Positions 54,665-64,000 are shown, numbered from the stretch's first letter. The stretch: 64,000 nt of DNA from a bacterium (GCA_016708025.1 JADJGQ010000004.1:54635-118634), one strand, 5' to 3'. The notes: generated by a model from the letters alone, not told the origin. Numbers and translations are program-made.

Positions 54665-55582
54665 CTATTGCCAGACTGTGAACAATTCTATACAGGCAAG
54701 CAGAATCGCGCAGAACCAGAGACTCCCTGTCCGAAAATAGGTGGTTCCTAGAATCAATCCGATAGCCAAATAAGTGGGCCAGAAAATTGGAAGCACGTAG
54801 TAGTGCAGTAGAACAAATACTATAGCCCCAAGTGTGATCCGCATGAGACCCTTGCTGTCCTTTAGATTGGCTCGCTCTATAAGTTCAGCCGTGAAACCAA
54901 AAGAAATCCAGACAGTAATGAACGAAAGGAACGGCAGAACCACCATGACATGCCGCAAGAAAACAGAAAGTGGAGACGCAATTCTAAGGTCGAGAGAATA
55001 CTTAGCTAGGAGAAGATCCGTGACAAACAAAACACCAATGACAGAGACGGCCGCAATACTCCAGGTGTAGAATGGCCGAGTATTGTGACCCAGTGGCGCT
55101 CTGTCCTTTCGCGCGGCATCAAACTTTGCTAAGGCCAACATCGGTGTCACTGTGGCCACGAGAAACGGAATGACATAGGACATCATGTATAGGATGCGAG
55201 AAATTGCAGTACCGGAGCCCGTTGCCAATTCGAACACACCTGCGTAAGGCCGTGCAGCTGCCATGAGCAGTGCGAGGACAAATCCAGTTATCAGAAATAC
55301 GAATGGAGTCGAACTACCTTTCCACAGAAGCATAGTCATGCATAGTCCAAGAATGAATACGGAATAAAACGGCATGGAAACGCCCAATAGTGAATAGAAC
55401 GGATTTGATGCACCCAACCAAGCAAGCGAAATGTAGTAGAATATGCATGTAGCAAAAAGCCAACCTACGCCAACTCCAATCGCAATCCTACGAGATGAAA
55501 ACGGCACAAGAGTCAAGGTCGCAAATAACCCAAGCTGAGCAATTCCAAAAAGAGTACTGACGTCCACGAAATTTCCAGTCAA
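54665..55582 (-). CDS. polytopic membrane protein, degenerate CPBP/Abi-like
   Basis: 305 aa with about 9 TM helices, in AT-richer sequence. The C-terminal part resembles CPBP (FVLLH = FxxxH; YFRTGSLWFCAILLACIELF). The EExxxR motif reads AELIER and HxxxN reads LACIE. Confidence 0.5.
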   Translation of the reverse strand: MTGNFVDVSTLFGIAQLGLFATLTLVPFSSRRIAIGVGVGWLFATCIFYYISLAWLGASNPFYSLLGVSMPFYSVFILGLCMTMLLWKGSSTPFVFLITGFVLALLMAAARPYAGVFELATGSGTAISRILYMMSYVIPFLVATVTPMLALAKFDAARKDRAPLGHNTRPFYTWSIAAVSVIGVLFVTDLLLAKYSLDLRIASPLSVFLRHVMVVLPFLSFITVWISFGFTAELIERANLKDSKGLMRITLGAIVFVLLHYYVLPIFWPTYLAIGLILGTTYFRTGSLWFCAILLACIELFTVWQ

Positions 55583-55670
55583 TCAGTTAGTGCGTTGGCG
55601 AATTCACTGAATCTTATTCGCCAAGAAACGAGTACGATTTTGTGCTGTCAACTAATAGATCAGCAGCTCT

Positions 55671-55824
55671 CACATCTCGTCTCCGCTCGATGCGACAGGT
55701 TTATCCCACTGGTTTGAGATGTTCGGGGCGGGATGTAGAGAGAGATTTAGGGGGTTGCTTCGAAATCGCGGAGAGGGTATTTGTGTTGTAACAGGAGTGG
55801 TGGCCGCGATTTCTCGCAATGACG
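55671..55824. repeat. 154-bp composite double-hairpin element, copy A
   Basis: ACATCTC-N37-GAGATGT followed by GGTTGCTTC-GAAATCGCGG-N32-CCGCGATTTC-TCGCAATGACG. Confidence 0.9.
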
Positions 55825-55858
55825 TTACCGCCAGTACGTGGTTGAGGAGTCTGGCCGG

Positions 55859-56548
55859 TTACAATCGAACCTTACGGAAATTGCCTATTGCCTCCCCAAG
55901 AGTCTTCGCCTCTTCTATGGTACACTCGCCCTTATCGGACATTGAGACACTGTATTTCATCAGGCGGCCATCGGTTTCGAACCAAATGTAGTAATCTATG
56001 AACCAGCGATGCAGTTTCGCTCGGTACTCAAGCCACCCATTGCCGATAGTATCAGGCAGCATTTCCAATTGCTTCTGCAATTCGGCGCGGTTCAACGTGC
56101 CGTTACCGGTAATTCCCTCCTTACCGAGACGTACCTGTAGCTTGACAAACGAGTCAGCATTCACGGCGTAGTGATATCCGAAGGGATCATAGAGAATTGC
56201 TGTTTCAAGAAAAAGTCTGGCAATGCTGTCTGCAGTTGCAAGAGTAACGGTTAGGTCTTGCGAAAGCACAAGGCGATTGAATTCGGCTTCAGCGTCGGCA
56301 AAGAGTCTGTACACACCACCAAGAGAGTCCACTGCCATCCGCGCAGGAGGGAAGTCGGCGGACCTTGGTGCTACTGTTATGCAACTTGTATCGACCACTA
56401 AGAATCTGACCCCAGGCAGAAGTTGCTGAGGTGTCTCTTCTATTCGAATGCAGCGGGGATTTGATGAAGGAAAAGTCTCCCTCACAATTGAGTCAAGAGG
56501 GAACGAGCTTGCCAATGATGCGAAGAAAATGAATAGTGTTAGGAACAT
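55859..56548 (-). CDS. hypothetical secreted protein
   Basis: 229-aa ORF with a signal peptide (MFLTLFIFFASLASSFP), in AT-richer sequence. I recognise no family. Confidence 0.55.
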   Translation of the reverse strand: MFLTLFIFFASLASSFPLDSIVRETFPSSNPRCIRIEETPQQLLPGVRFLVVDTSCITVAPRSADFPPARMAVDSLGGVYRLFADAEAEFNRLVLSQDLTVTLATADSIARLFLETAILYDPFGYHYAVNADSFVKLQVRLGKEGITGNGTLNRAELQKQLEMLPDTIGNGWLEYRAKLHRWFIDYYIWFETDGRLMKYSVSMSDKGECTIEEAKTLGEAIGNFRKVRL

Positions 56549-56617
56549 TGCTCAATCTCCAAGACAAAGGTATGGGAATTCCATGGGAAGGGCAAGGGGG
56601 GAGTGGGCGGTCAAATT

Positions 56618-56728
56618 CACATCTCGTCTTCGCTCGATGCGACAGGTTTAGCTACGTGGTTTGAGATGTACGGGGCGGGATGAAGTGGGAGATACATGGG
56701 GTTGCTTCGAAATCGCGGAGGGGTGGGG
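56618..56728. repeat. composite element, copy B (right arm truncated)
   Basis: Same first hairpin and the GGTTGCTTCGAAATCGCGGAGGGG arm as copies A and C. Confidence 0.9.
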
Positions 56729-56749
56729 AGGGCGGACTCAGAGGTCAAG

Positions 56750-56944
56750 TCATTCCGGGTACCATCCAAGTACGTCGAGACCCTTGATGGCAAGTATACA
56801 GATCGCTAACGCTACAGTGAACGCAAACAACGCGAGGTCAATTGCACGTGATTTCGGCACTTTCTTTATGGCACGTCGATAAGAGACAATTGAACTCACG
56901 ATTGCGATAGAAAACACGCCAACGCCAATAATGAACTTATTCAC
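56750..56944 (-). CDS. hypothetical 64-aa two-TM peptide
   Basis: MNKFIIGVGVFSIAIVSSIVSYRRAIKKVPKSRAIDLALFAFTVALAICILAIKGL. It has two hydrophobic helices with a basic loop. Confidence 0.4.
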   Translation of the reverse strand: MNKFIIGVGVFSIAIVSSIVSYRRAIKKVPKSRAIDLALFAFTVALAICILAIKGLDVLGWYPE

Positions 56945-57064
56945 TGCTGAGTACTCATTTCAAAGGTATGGAGCCTAGTTACAAATAGGGTCGCTATCTC
57001 CATTGGGATTGTAAAAGAATGAGGCGGTCGAGGCAAGAGGAGAGTGGGGATGTCGAAAAGTCTC

Positions 57065-57217
57065 GCATCTCGTCTTCGCTCGATGCGACGGGTTTGGCCA
57101 CGTGGTTTGAGATGTTTGGGGCGGGATGAAGAGGGAGATTAAAGGGGTTGCTTCGAAATCGAGGAGGGGGGATTTGTGTTGTAACTCGGGGAGTGGCCGC
57201 GAATTCTCGCAATGACA
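57065..57217. repeat. composite double-hairpin element, copy C
   Basis: Near-identical to copy A over about 150 bp. Confidence 0.9.
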
Positions 57218-57229
57218 GTCATAAGAAAA

Positions 57230-57253
57230 GGCGGGTTCGAAGACGGACCCGCC
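57230..57253 (-). terminator. rho-independent terminator of the ECF/LTXXQ operon
   Basis: Minus strand: GGGCGGGTCC-GTCTTCGA-ACCCGCC followed by TTTTCTTAT. Confidence 0.5.
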
Positions 57254-57345
57254 CTACAATGTCAGTGAGTGTCGAAACCCGCGCTTTGCGCATCGGCCAC
57301 GCCGGCATCGGTTTCGACCTACAGGCTACAAGCTACCCGGCAGTT

Positions 57346-58050
57346 CTAGTTGCTGCGGGGGGTGCCGGGGGCCTCAGGAGCCTCAGGGGCTTCGGGAGAT
57401 TCCGGAGGTTCGGGGGCGTCCAGATCGTCCATGTCAAACATGTCATCCATATCGTCCATGTTGCCCCAGTTGCGGTGCATGCCGTCCATGCGTCCCATTC
57501 CCTGCATACGACCCATACCCTGCATGCGGTCCATGCGCATTTCTTTCAGTTGGGTTTTCTGTTTGTCGGTCAGGACATTTTGAATAGCCTCGCGATGGCG
57601 GTACTGGGCCTTCTGCATATCGAGGCGCAATTTCGCCAGTTCATCCATAGCGGCGAAAATCTGAGTCTCAGACGCTTTGTCGTTGCGTCGAAGGTCAGCC
57701 ATCTTGACTTGCGATTTTTGCATGGCGGCGCGACGGTCGATCTGCTCAAGACGGAAAGTGGTCATCATACCCTGGATCTTTTCTTTCTGAGCCTCGGTCA
57801 TCTCGAGTTTGTCAGCGAGCATGAGCAGACGCTGGGCGCCATCGCCACGTCCCATCATGCCGTGGCCGCGCATCCCGCGTCCAGCTTTGGCGCGCGGAGC
57901 CATGCCATGTCCCATCCCCTGGCCCATGCCGGGGCCGGAGCCCATTTCACAATTGGCCTGACAGTTCTGGCCGCGGCCACCGGGTCCGGCAAAAGCGACG
58001 ACTGCGGCGACCAGCACGAGGGCGGCGAGCAGTAAAAGAATCCGTTTCAT
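57346..58050 (-). CDS. periplasmic Spy/CpxP/ZraP-family (LTXXQ) protein with Met/Gly/His-rich repeats
   Basis: Signal peptide and LTXXQ-type motifs (MTEAQKEKI, LTDKQKTQL). It has GMGQGMGHGM and MQGMGRMQGMGRMDGM repeats and an acidic/PEAPEAPEAP tail. Confidence 0.7.
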   Translation of the reverse strand: MKRILLLLAALVLVAAVVAFAGPGGRGQNCQANCEMGSGPGMGQGMGHGMAPRAKAGRGMRGHGMMGRGDGAQRLLMLADKLEMTEAQKEKIQGMMTTFRLEQIDRRAAMQKSQVKMADLRRNDKASETQIFAAMDELAKLRLDMQKAQYRHREAIQNVLTDKQKTQLKEMRMDRMQGMGRMQGMGRMDGMHRNWGNMDDMDDMFDMDDLDAPEPPESPEAPEAPEAPGTPRSN

Positions 58051-58071
58051 ACAATCCTCCTTAGCGGTTAT

Positions 58072-58686
58072 TTAATTGTCTTCAGAGTCATCATCGTTGT
58101 GCGGCGGAGTCATCGGACCGCGGGGTCCGGGGCGACCGGGCATGCCGCGCACTTTTTGGATCATCTGTCGCTCGAAGCGTTGCAGGAAGATCCTCAGTTT
58201 GGCGCGCTGCACGACAGTGAGCGATTTGTCCGCCTCAGCTTTAAACTTCAGGCGTAACTGGTCGCGTCGGGTGTCCAGATCATCGAGTTGCGACAGTATC
58301 AGGCTGATCTGTTTTTCATCCCGCGTTTTCTTTTTGACCAGCGGTACCAGTTGGTCAGTCAGGGTGCGGGATTCGCGCTCTATTGCCTGGAGCTCTTTCA
58401 TTTCATTGTCGAACAGGTCGCGCATGATCTTCTGCTGGTTTTCATCGAGATCCAGCATTTCGATCATCTTCTGCATGCGGAACTGCTGGAACTGACGGCC
58501 GCGTTTGTCGGACATCGGTGCGTCAAACGGCACGGGCGGTTCACCGGAGAGCGGATCAGTGCTGTCATCGTGGCCCATGCCATGGCCGGGAGGGGCGAGA
58601 GGCGGCTGGTGGTCCTGCGCGCCGGTCGGTGTGACTGCGGCGCCGATCAGGAGCAGCAATGCAAATATCGGTAGCATCTGTTTCAT
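58072..58686 (-). CDS. periplasmic Spy/CpxP-family (LTXXQ) protein
   Basis: Signal peptide and motifs LDENQQKIM and LTVVQRAKL. Predicted helical. Confidence 0.7.
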   Translation of the reverse strand: MKQMLPIFALLLLIGAAVTPTGAQDHQPPLAPPGHGMGHDDSTDPLSGEPPVPFDAPMSDKRGRQFQQFRMQKMIEMLDLDENQQKIMRDLFDNEMKELQAIERESRTLTDQLVPLVKKKTRDEKQISLILSQLDDLDTRRDQLRLKFKAEADKSLTVVQRAKLRIFLQRFERQMIQKVRGMPGRPGPRGPMTPPHNDDDSEDN

Positions 58687-59243
58687 CAGAGGAGTTCTCC
58701 CACATCGAAGTTCTTCTCAAGGTACTGCATCTCTTCATCGGTGAGATTCTGCAATACTTCGCTGGCGGCGTTATCATCGAGAGTGGAATAGTCGAGTAAC
58801 ATCTGTTCGAGCTCGGAGTCGGTCATGTCGAGAGTCGTGGTCGGCAACAGGTTGGTGTCGACCGACGCGAGCTGGGTGGTGTCCTTGGTGGTCGGGATAT
58901 CAACAGAGATATTGCGACGGTACTGGTCAACACCAATTGCCGCGGCGAGCACGACCACTGCGGCGGCCGCGATATAGCGGATGCGGCTGGTCCAGGCCGG
59001 TTTCGGTTTGGCCTGACGGTTGATGGCATCCTCGACCGCCCATCCGATCTTGTTGGATTCGAAGATGTCGGTCACAAAAGCGGAATCATCGCCGAGATTA
59101 GCGGAGAGCGACTGCAGTTCCGCGGCATAGGCGCGGCATTCAGCGCAGGTCGCCAGGTGGGCGCGCATCTCTTCCGGAAGGTCCGGTTGCCCAAGCAAGA
59201 GATCGAGTTCTTCTCTTCGCTGTTCGCAGGTCATGACCGCCAC
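58686..59243 (-). CDS. anti-sigma factor (zf-HC2 type) with one TM helix
   Basis: N-terminal CEQRREEL...HLATCAECRAY zinc-finger pattern and a central TM helix (IRYIAAAAVVVLAAAIGV). It overlaps the sigma gene end. Confidence 0.7.
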   Translation of the reverse strand: MAVMTCEQRREELDLLLGQPDLPEEMRAHLATCAECRAYAAELQSLSANLGDDSAFVTDIFESNKIGWAVEDAINRQAKPKPAWTSRIRYIAAAAVVVLAAAIGVDQYRRNISVDIPTTKDTTQLASVDTNLLPTTTLDMTDSELEQMLLDYSTLDDNAASEVLQNLTDEEMQYLEKNFDVGELL

Positions 59244-59788
59244 CCTTTCTCGGTTGCAGTGACGCGCAGTTTTTTGATCGCTTCGCGATACAGAGTTTTC
59301 ACGGTGCCCAACGCTTTGCCGGTGATCTCGGCTATTTCATCGAATTGATATTGTTTGTAGAAGCGGAGTTCAAAGACGATCCGCTGTTGTTCCGGAAGTT
59401 GCCGCATGAAGGCGACGACATTGCGGCGCAGTTCATCGCGGGTGAGGTCCTGCTCCGGGGTGGAGGCGGATTCGATTTCGGTCTCTTCCAAAGGTGCAGA
59501 GGTTCGGTTGGCCGCGGAATTGAGATAGTGTAACGATTTGTTGACGGCGATCCGGTAGAGCCAGCTCTCGAATTTGGCGTCGCCGCGGAAGGTGCCGATA
59601 TTCTGCCAGGCGGAGATAAAGGAGTCCTGGGCGAGGTCGAGAGCTACCTCGCGGCTACCGGTCATTTTGTGGGTCAGGGCGACAATCGGGTTCATAAGTA
59701 AATTCACCAGTTCAGAAAACGCAGCTCGGTTTCCCGAGCGAGCTTGCTCCGCCAACCGACGGATGGATTCTTCGTTTCCATGTGTCAT
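59231..59788 (-). CDS. RNA polymerase ECF-type sigma factor
   Basis: Region 2 (DLAQDSFISAWQNIGTFRGDAKFESWLYRIAVN) and region 4 (LPEQQRIVFELRFYKQYQFDEIAEITGKALGTVKTLYREAIKKL). Start taken at MTHGNEES, because the upstream extension runs through the mreB terminator. Confidence 0.9.
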   Translation of the reverse strand: MTHGNEESIRRLAEQARSGNRAAFSELVNLLMNPIVALTHKMTGSREVALDLAQDSFISAWQNIGTFRGDAKFESWLYRIAVNKSLHYLNSAANRTSAPLEETEIESASTPEQDLTRDELRRNVVAFMRQLPEQQRIVFELRFYKQYQFDEIAEITGKALGTVKTLYREAIKKLRVTATEKGWRS

Positions 59789-59850
59789 TCTGCGTATCTG
59801 ACCTTTGGACCGGTTAAGGAGCAAAAAGATTAATCGGGGGGGAAAGGGCA

Positions 59851-59881
59851 ATAAAAAAGCCGGATATATCAATATCCGGCT
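59851..59881 (-). terminator. rho-independent terminator after mreB
   Basis: Minus strand: GCCGGATAT-TGAT-ATATCCGGC followed by TTTTTTATT. Confidence 0.65.
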
Positions 59882-59904
59882 GAAACTTGCGAAAAGGGGG
59901 GCTT

Positions 59905-61113
<1,209 letters not shown>

Positions 61114-61116
61114 TCA

Positions 61117-61453
61117 GGCTTCGACTGCGCTCAGCCCGATTGAAGGAGAACGTGAGTGAACGGGCAGACGGGGACGTCTGCCGCGCAAGTGACGGGCTTC
61201 GATCCCTGAATCAAGTTTAGGAAATGCTTCGCTCGGGTCTCGTCCCCCGCCTTCGCGAGGGCATGCTTCGCTCGGGTCTCGTCTTCGCTCGGGTCTCGTC
61301 TTCGCTCGACCCGACGGGTAAGGGTGACCCGTGATCACTAGTCCTCTACACCTGTGGCGTCGCGACTTCATACCTCTCGCGATGCAACTCCACGTCAGTC
61401 ACGTCGAACGCTTGCACCTGTCGCCTCGAGCGAAGACGAGAGGCGAATCCCAA
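61117..61453. repeat. spacer made of concatenated repeat modules
   Basis: CTTCGACTGCGCTCA at 61119, the GGCAGACG hairpin at 61162-61189, (A)TGCTTCGCTCGGGTCTCGTC at 61224 and 61263, a shorter TTCGCTCGGGTCTCGTC copy at 61284, a related TTCGCTCGACCCGACGGG, and an inverted CTCGAGCGAAGACGAGAGG at 61435. Confidence 0.85.
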
Positions 61454-61465
61454 CCTCCATCTCCG

Positions 61466-64000
61466 TCATTTCAATAGCAGCATTTTTTTGGTGGCGGTGA
61501 ATGACGCCGTGGTCAAACGATAATAGTAAATGCCGCTGGCGACCGGTTTACTGGCGGTGGTGGTCCCTTGCCAATGGATGCGATGAGTGCCGGCCGAGAA
61601 ATCTCCTGAGTGACGGTAGACCACATTCCCCAAAACGTTGATGATCTCCAGTTTTACTTCGCTTGCGCGCGGCAGATCAAAGCTGATCACGGTCCCGGCA
61701 TTAAAGGGGTTGGGGTAGTTCTGGTGGAGGGCGAAGGTAGCAGGGAGATTAGGGTCGTTGTCGTCGTCGGCATCGCTGACGATGTCAAGTAGCGAAACGA
61801 CTTGGCCGCCAAGATAGTTTATAGTTTTGAGATTGGGGATACCAATGTTGCCCTGGAATCTCAGCAACGGGCCAGAAACGATACCTGGGAGTCCATCGCA
61901 ATCTCCAGGTGGCATATGAATCAACAGGTATGTTACGCCACCAGTCTGATTGCTTTTCAAAACCAGGTTTGTGTCGAGCAGTGTGGCAGAAACGTTGCCA
62001 TCGATAGTTAGAAGCAATGCCCCCAAAGTGTCTTCTGATACCAGGAAGAGCACCTTACTATCAAGACAGTAGAAACGAGCTGTGTCCACTCCCTGTGGGA
62101 TCGGTTCGCATCGGTAGCCGCAGGCATTGCGGCGGAAGATAGCGAAGTCCTGAAGTGTACCGGGCTGGTTATCCGAGTTGATGTCGGCAGTAGCCAGTTG
62201 AGCATTCGGCATGATATCAAAGACCGAAATGCCTTCCACGAGGTAACGGGCGAAAAGTTCTTCATCGGCGATCTCGTATGAGTCTCCGTCAAGGTTGAGG
62301 TCGCCGCGGCCATCGACAGAGTCGTTACACATGAAGTCAAAGCCGCCGTTGTAGAAGTCTATGCCAGGGTAGCTTGAGATTACAGGGATGGCGCCAGGTA
62401 TGCATAAACCCGATGGTACTCCGCCAAAACCAGGGAAGACCGCATACTCGGGCGGAATAGGGTTTTGGTAGTTCCAGGAATCGTACACTTGATCTTCATA
62501 CAGGCGACGAACACCGGACAAATCGGAAATGATGTTATCGTCGCAGCTCTCCCAGTAGAAGCGGATGGGATGAAGAGTGCACTCAAATCTGCATTGGTCA
62601 GCTATATGGAAATTCAGAGTGAAAAGGGTGATCGGCAGGTTCTCCGGGCAAGTTGTGTCCGGGTAAAACGAACCATTGTTGATGTCAAACAACGCAATGA
62701 CTCTGACTTTGTTGAAGCTGCAGGTGTCACAGATCAACGCAGTATCATTGCGATAGGTGAAGTACTCCCAGTCACAGTTCTCGAAAATCTCTCCTGCAAC
62801 GACGTTGTCCAAACCAAGCGCCCGGGGATAGGCAATCAAGAAATCAAATGCACCAATGCGCAGCAATTGGCCGATCTCTGTCAAGTTGACATCGGCACTC
62901 AGGGGACCATATGGCATTACCGATTGATTCTTCTGAATCGCAACCTGGTACTTCGTTGACCCGGTCTCTAACAATAACGCGATGAGTTTGCCGCCGCGGT
63001 ATTCAGCGGTTTGGATGGAGAGGATCTCGTGACCTTCGAGGCCGGTCAGGATCGTGCTGGGGAGGATATAGGCGCTGTCGGAAATTTCGCTGTAATCTAG
63101 TATAGGCGAAACAAAGATGCGGGTGACCTGGCCATCGAAATAATACTGCATTCCGACATGATCGACATGCAAGACAGGCGTAGCCTCGCCGGCGACGGTG
63201 AGGAGTAGCGCGCCCAGGGTATCGGTCGACGTCAATGTAAGAGCGCCCTGGGATAGCTCGAAGGTGGCGGTATCGAGCGGGGGGCGTACGCCCAATTCGG
63301 CTCCGGCTACGACCCGGTACATAAAGCAGAAATCTTCGACGGTGAGGGGGATGCCATCGCCATTGACATCTGTTGATAATGTCTGGCCGGCCAGGTTGAT
63401 GGTGAAAACCAGATTTCCATAGATGAAGTAGCGTTGAAAGAGAACGATATCAGCAAGCTCGTTTGGGAAGCCATTAAGGTTCACGTCGCCGCGCGAATCG
63501 ATTGAGTCAGCGCAGACAATTTCAAGGCCGCCGTGGTAGAAGTCGACAAAGCGTTGCGGCGAGGGGAAGAGGTTCTGAATGAACCAACAGGAATCACCAG
63601 GCAGGCCGTTGGTGCCGGGGAAGAAGGCGGTTGTTGGATCAATCGGCGAATGTGCTCCCAGAGAGTCGAAAACTCGTCCAGTCATGAAATAGTCGCAGTA
63701 GCCGCTTTCGCACTTCAATCGGTTGTCGTCGCAATCGCGCCAGAAGAAGCGGATCGGACTATAGGTACAATCAAGAGACCGATCGTTACTGACAAAGAAT
63801 CTCAGAGTAAAGAGTGTTGCCGGCAGTGAGTCAGGAAAGCCGCAGGTCGGGTGGTCATCGCCATTGTTGGTTTCGGCAATACCGATGACACGAACGAGGC
63901 CGGGAGGGCAGTCGGGGCAGTTGCTATCGGCGCCATAGCGATAGGTGAAATATTCCCAGCCGCATTGTTCGTAGATGTCCCCCTCGGTGACGGATTGGAG
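61466..64000 (-). CDS. very large surface protein with alternating dockerin-like and cohesin-like modules and a T9SS type-A sorting domain (5' end beyond window)
   Basis: C-terminus FALHQNYPNPFNAGT...GIYYYRL...KKMLLLK. Dockerin-like pairs include GDVNLNGFPNELADIVLFQRYF + DVNGDGIPLTVEDFCFMYR and GDLNLDGDSYEIADEELFARYL + DINSDNQPGTLQDFAIFRR. The frame stays open upstream of the listed TTG at 63718 as far as I translated it by hand (to about 63841), so the gene probably runs to or past the window end, reading ...LPATLFTLRFFVSNDRSLDCTYSPIRFFWRDCDDN, a paralog of an internal segment. Confidence 0.8.
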   Translation of the reverse strand, partial: LQSVTEGDIYEQCGWEYFTYRYGADSNCPDCPPGLVRVIGIAETNNGDDHPTCGFPDSLPATLFTLRFFVSNDRSLDCTYSPIRFFWRDCDDNRLKCESGYCDYFMTGRVFDSLGAHSPIDPTTAFFPGTNGLPGDSCWFIQNLFPSPQRFVDFYHGGLEIVCADSIDSRGDVNLNGFPNELADIVLFQRYFIYGNLVFTINLAGQTLSTDVNGDGIPLTVEDFCFMYRVVAGAELGVRPPLDTATFELSQGALTLTSTDTLGALLLTVAGEATPVLHVDHVGMQYYFDGQVTRIFVSPILDYSEISDSAYILPSTILTGLEGHEILSIQTAEYRGGKLIALLLETGSTKYQVAIQKNQSVMPYGPLSADVNLTEIGQLLRIGAFDFLIAYPRALGLDNVVAGEIFENCDWEYFTYRNDTALICDTCSFNKVRVIALFDINNGSFYPDTTCPENLPITLFTLNFHIADQCRFECTLHPIRFYWESCDDNIISDLSGVRRLYEDQVYDSWNYQNPIPPEYAVFPGFGGVPSGLCIPGAIPVISSYPGIDFYNGGFDFMCNDSVDGRGDLNLDGDSYEIADEELFARYLVEGISVFDIMPNAQLATADINSDNQPGTLQDFAIFRRNACGYRCEPIPQGVDTARFYCLDSKVLFLVSEDTLGALLLTIDGNVSATLLDTNLVLKSNQTGGVTYLLIHMPPGDCDGLPGIVSGPLLRFQGNIGIPNLKTINYLGGQVVSLLDIVSDADDDNDPNLPATFALHQNYPNPFNAGTVISFDLPRASEVKLEIINVLGNVVYRHSGDFSAGTHRIHWQGTTTASKPVASGIYYYRLTTASFTATKKMLLLK

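Noticed and set aside
54665-57345. Classical integron cassette array.
   Set aside because: There is no intI integrase or Pc/attI nearby. The repeats lack the RYYYAAC/GTTRRRY attC core sites. The same repeat arms also occur next to core genes (e.g. 6842, 12517). It is kept only as a cassette-like analogy in the findings.
57148-58035. 295-aa plus-strand ORF antisense to the LTXXQ gene. Similar long antisense ORFs lie at 59887-60936, 52566-53597, 35172-36110, 1415-2224 and 22204-23159.
   Set aside because: These are shadow ORFs opposite well-supported genes in GC-rich DNA. Their products are low-complexity (H/V/A/G/R-rich) with no recognisable motifs.

Overview
This is a 64-kb chromosomal segment from a moderately GC-rich diderm bacterium. 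It encodes Lnt and several proteins with type-A T9SS C-terminal sorting domains, so an uncultured FCB-superphylum-like lineage is my guess (inference only). Most of the window is housekeeping. It holds holB(partial)-PSP1-metG-tatD-rsmA-rluD (1-6.3 kb) and purM-gpmI-lnt (17.9-22.1 kb). It holds a complete dcw cluster, mraZ-rsmH-ftsL-ftsI-murE-murF-mraY-murD-ftsW-murG-murC-ftsQ-ftsA-ftsZ (31.0-47.8 kb). It also holds pyrR-pyrB-pyrC, an ECF sigma / anti-sigma / two LTXXQ-chaperone operon, and mreB. The accessory content has five parts. (1) Two visibly AT-richer islands of orphan genes (6.3-8.05 kb and 54.7-57.3 kb) are bracketed or punctuated by repeats. (2) A surface-protein/glycosyltransferase block (22.1-30.6 kb) ends in a C25 gingipain-like peptidase broken by a frameshift in a G6 tract. 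(3) A subtilisin-like S8 lipoprotein gene is broken into several reading frames (48.4-51.4 kb). (4) A very large T9SS protein has alternating dockerin-like and cohesin-like modules and runs off the window end. (5) Nearly every long intergenic spacer is filled with a small set of recurring palindromic hairpin modules. I saw no tRNA, rRNA, CRISPR array, transposase, integrase or phage genes. All calls come from reading the sequence and the ORF track. No searches or computations were run, and the GC statements are by eye.
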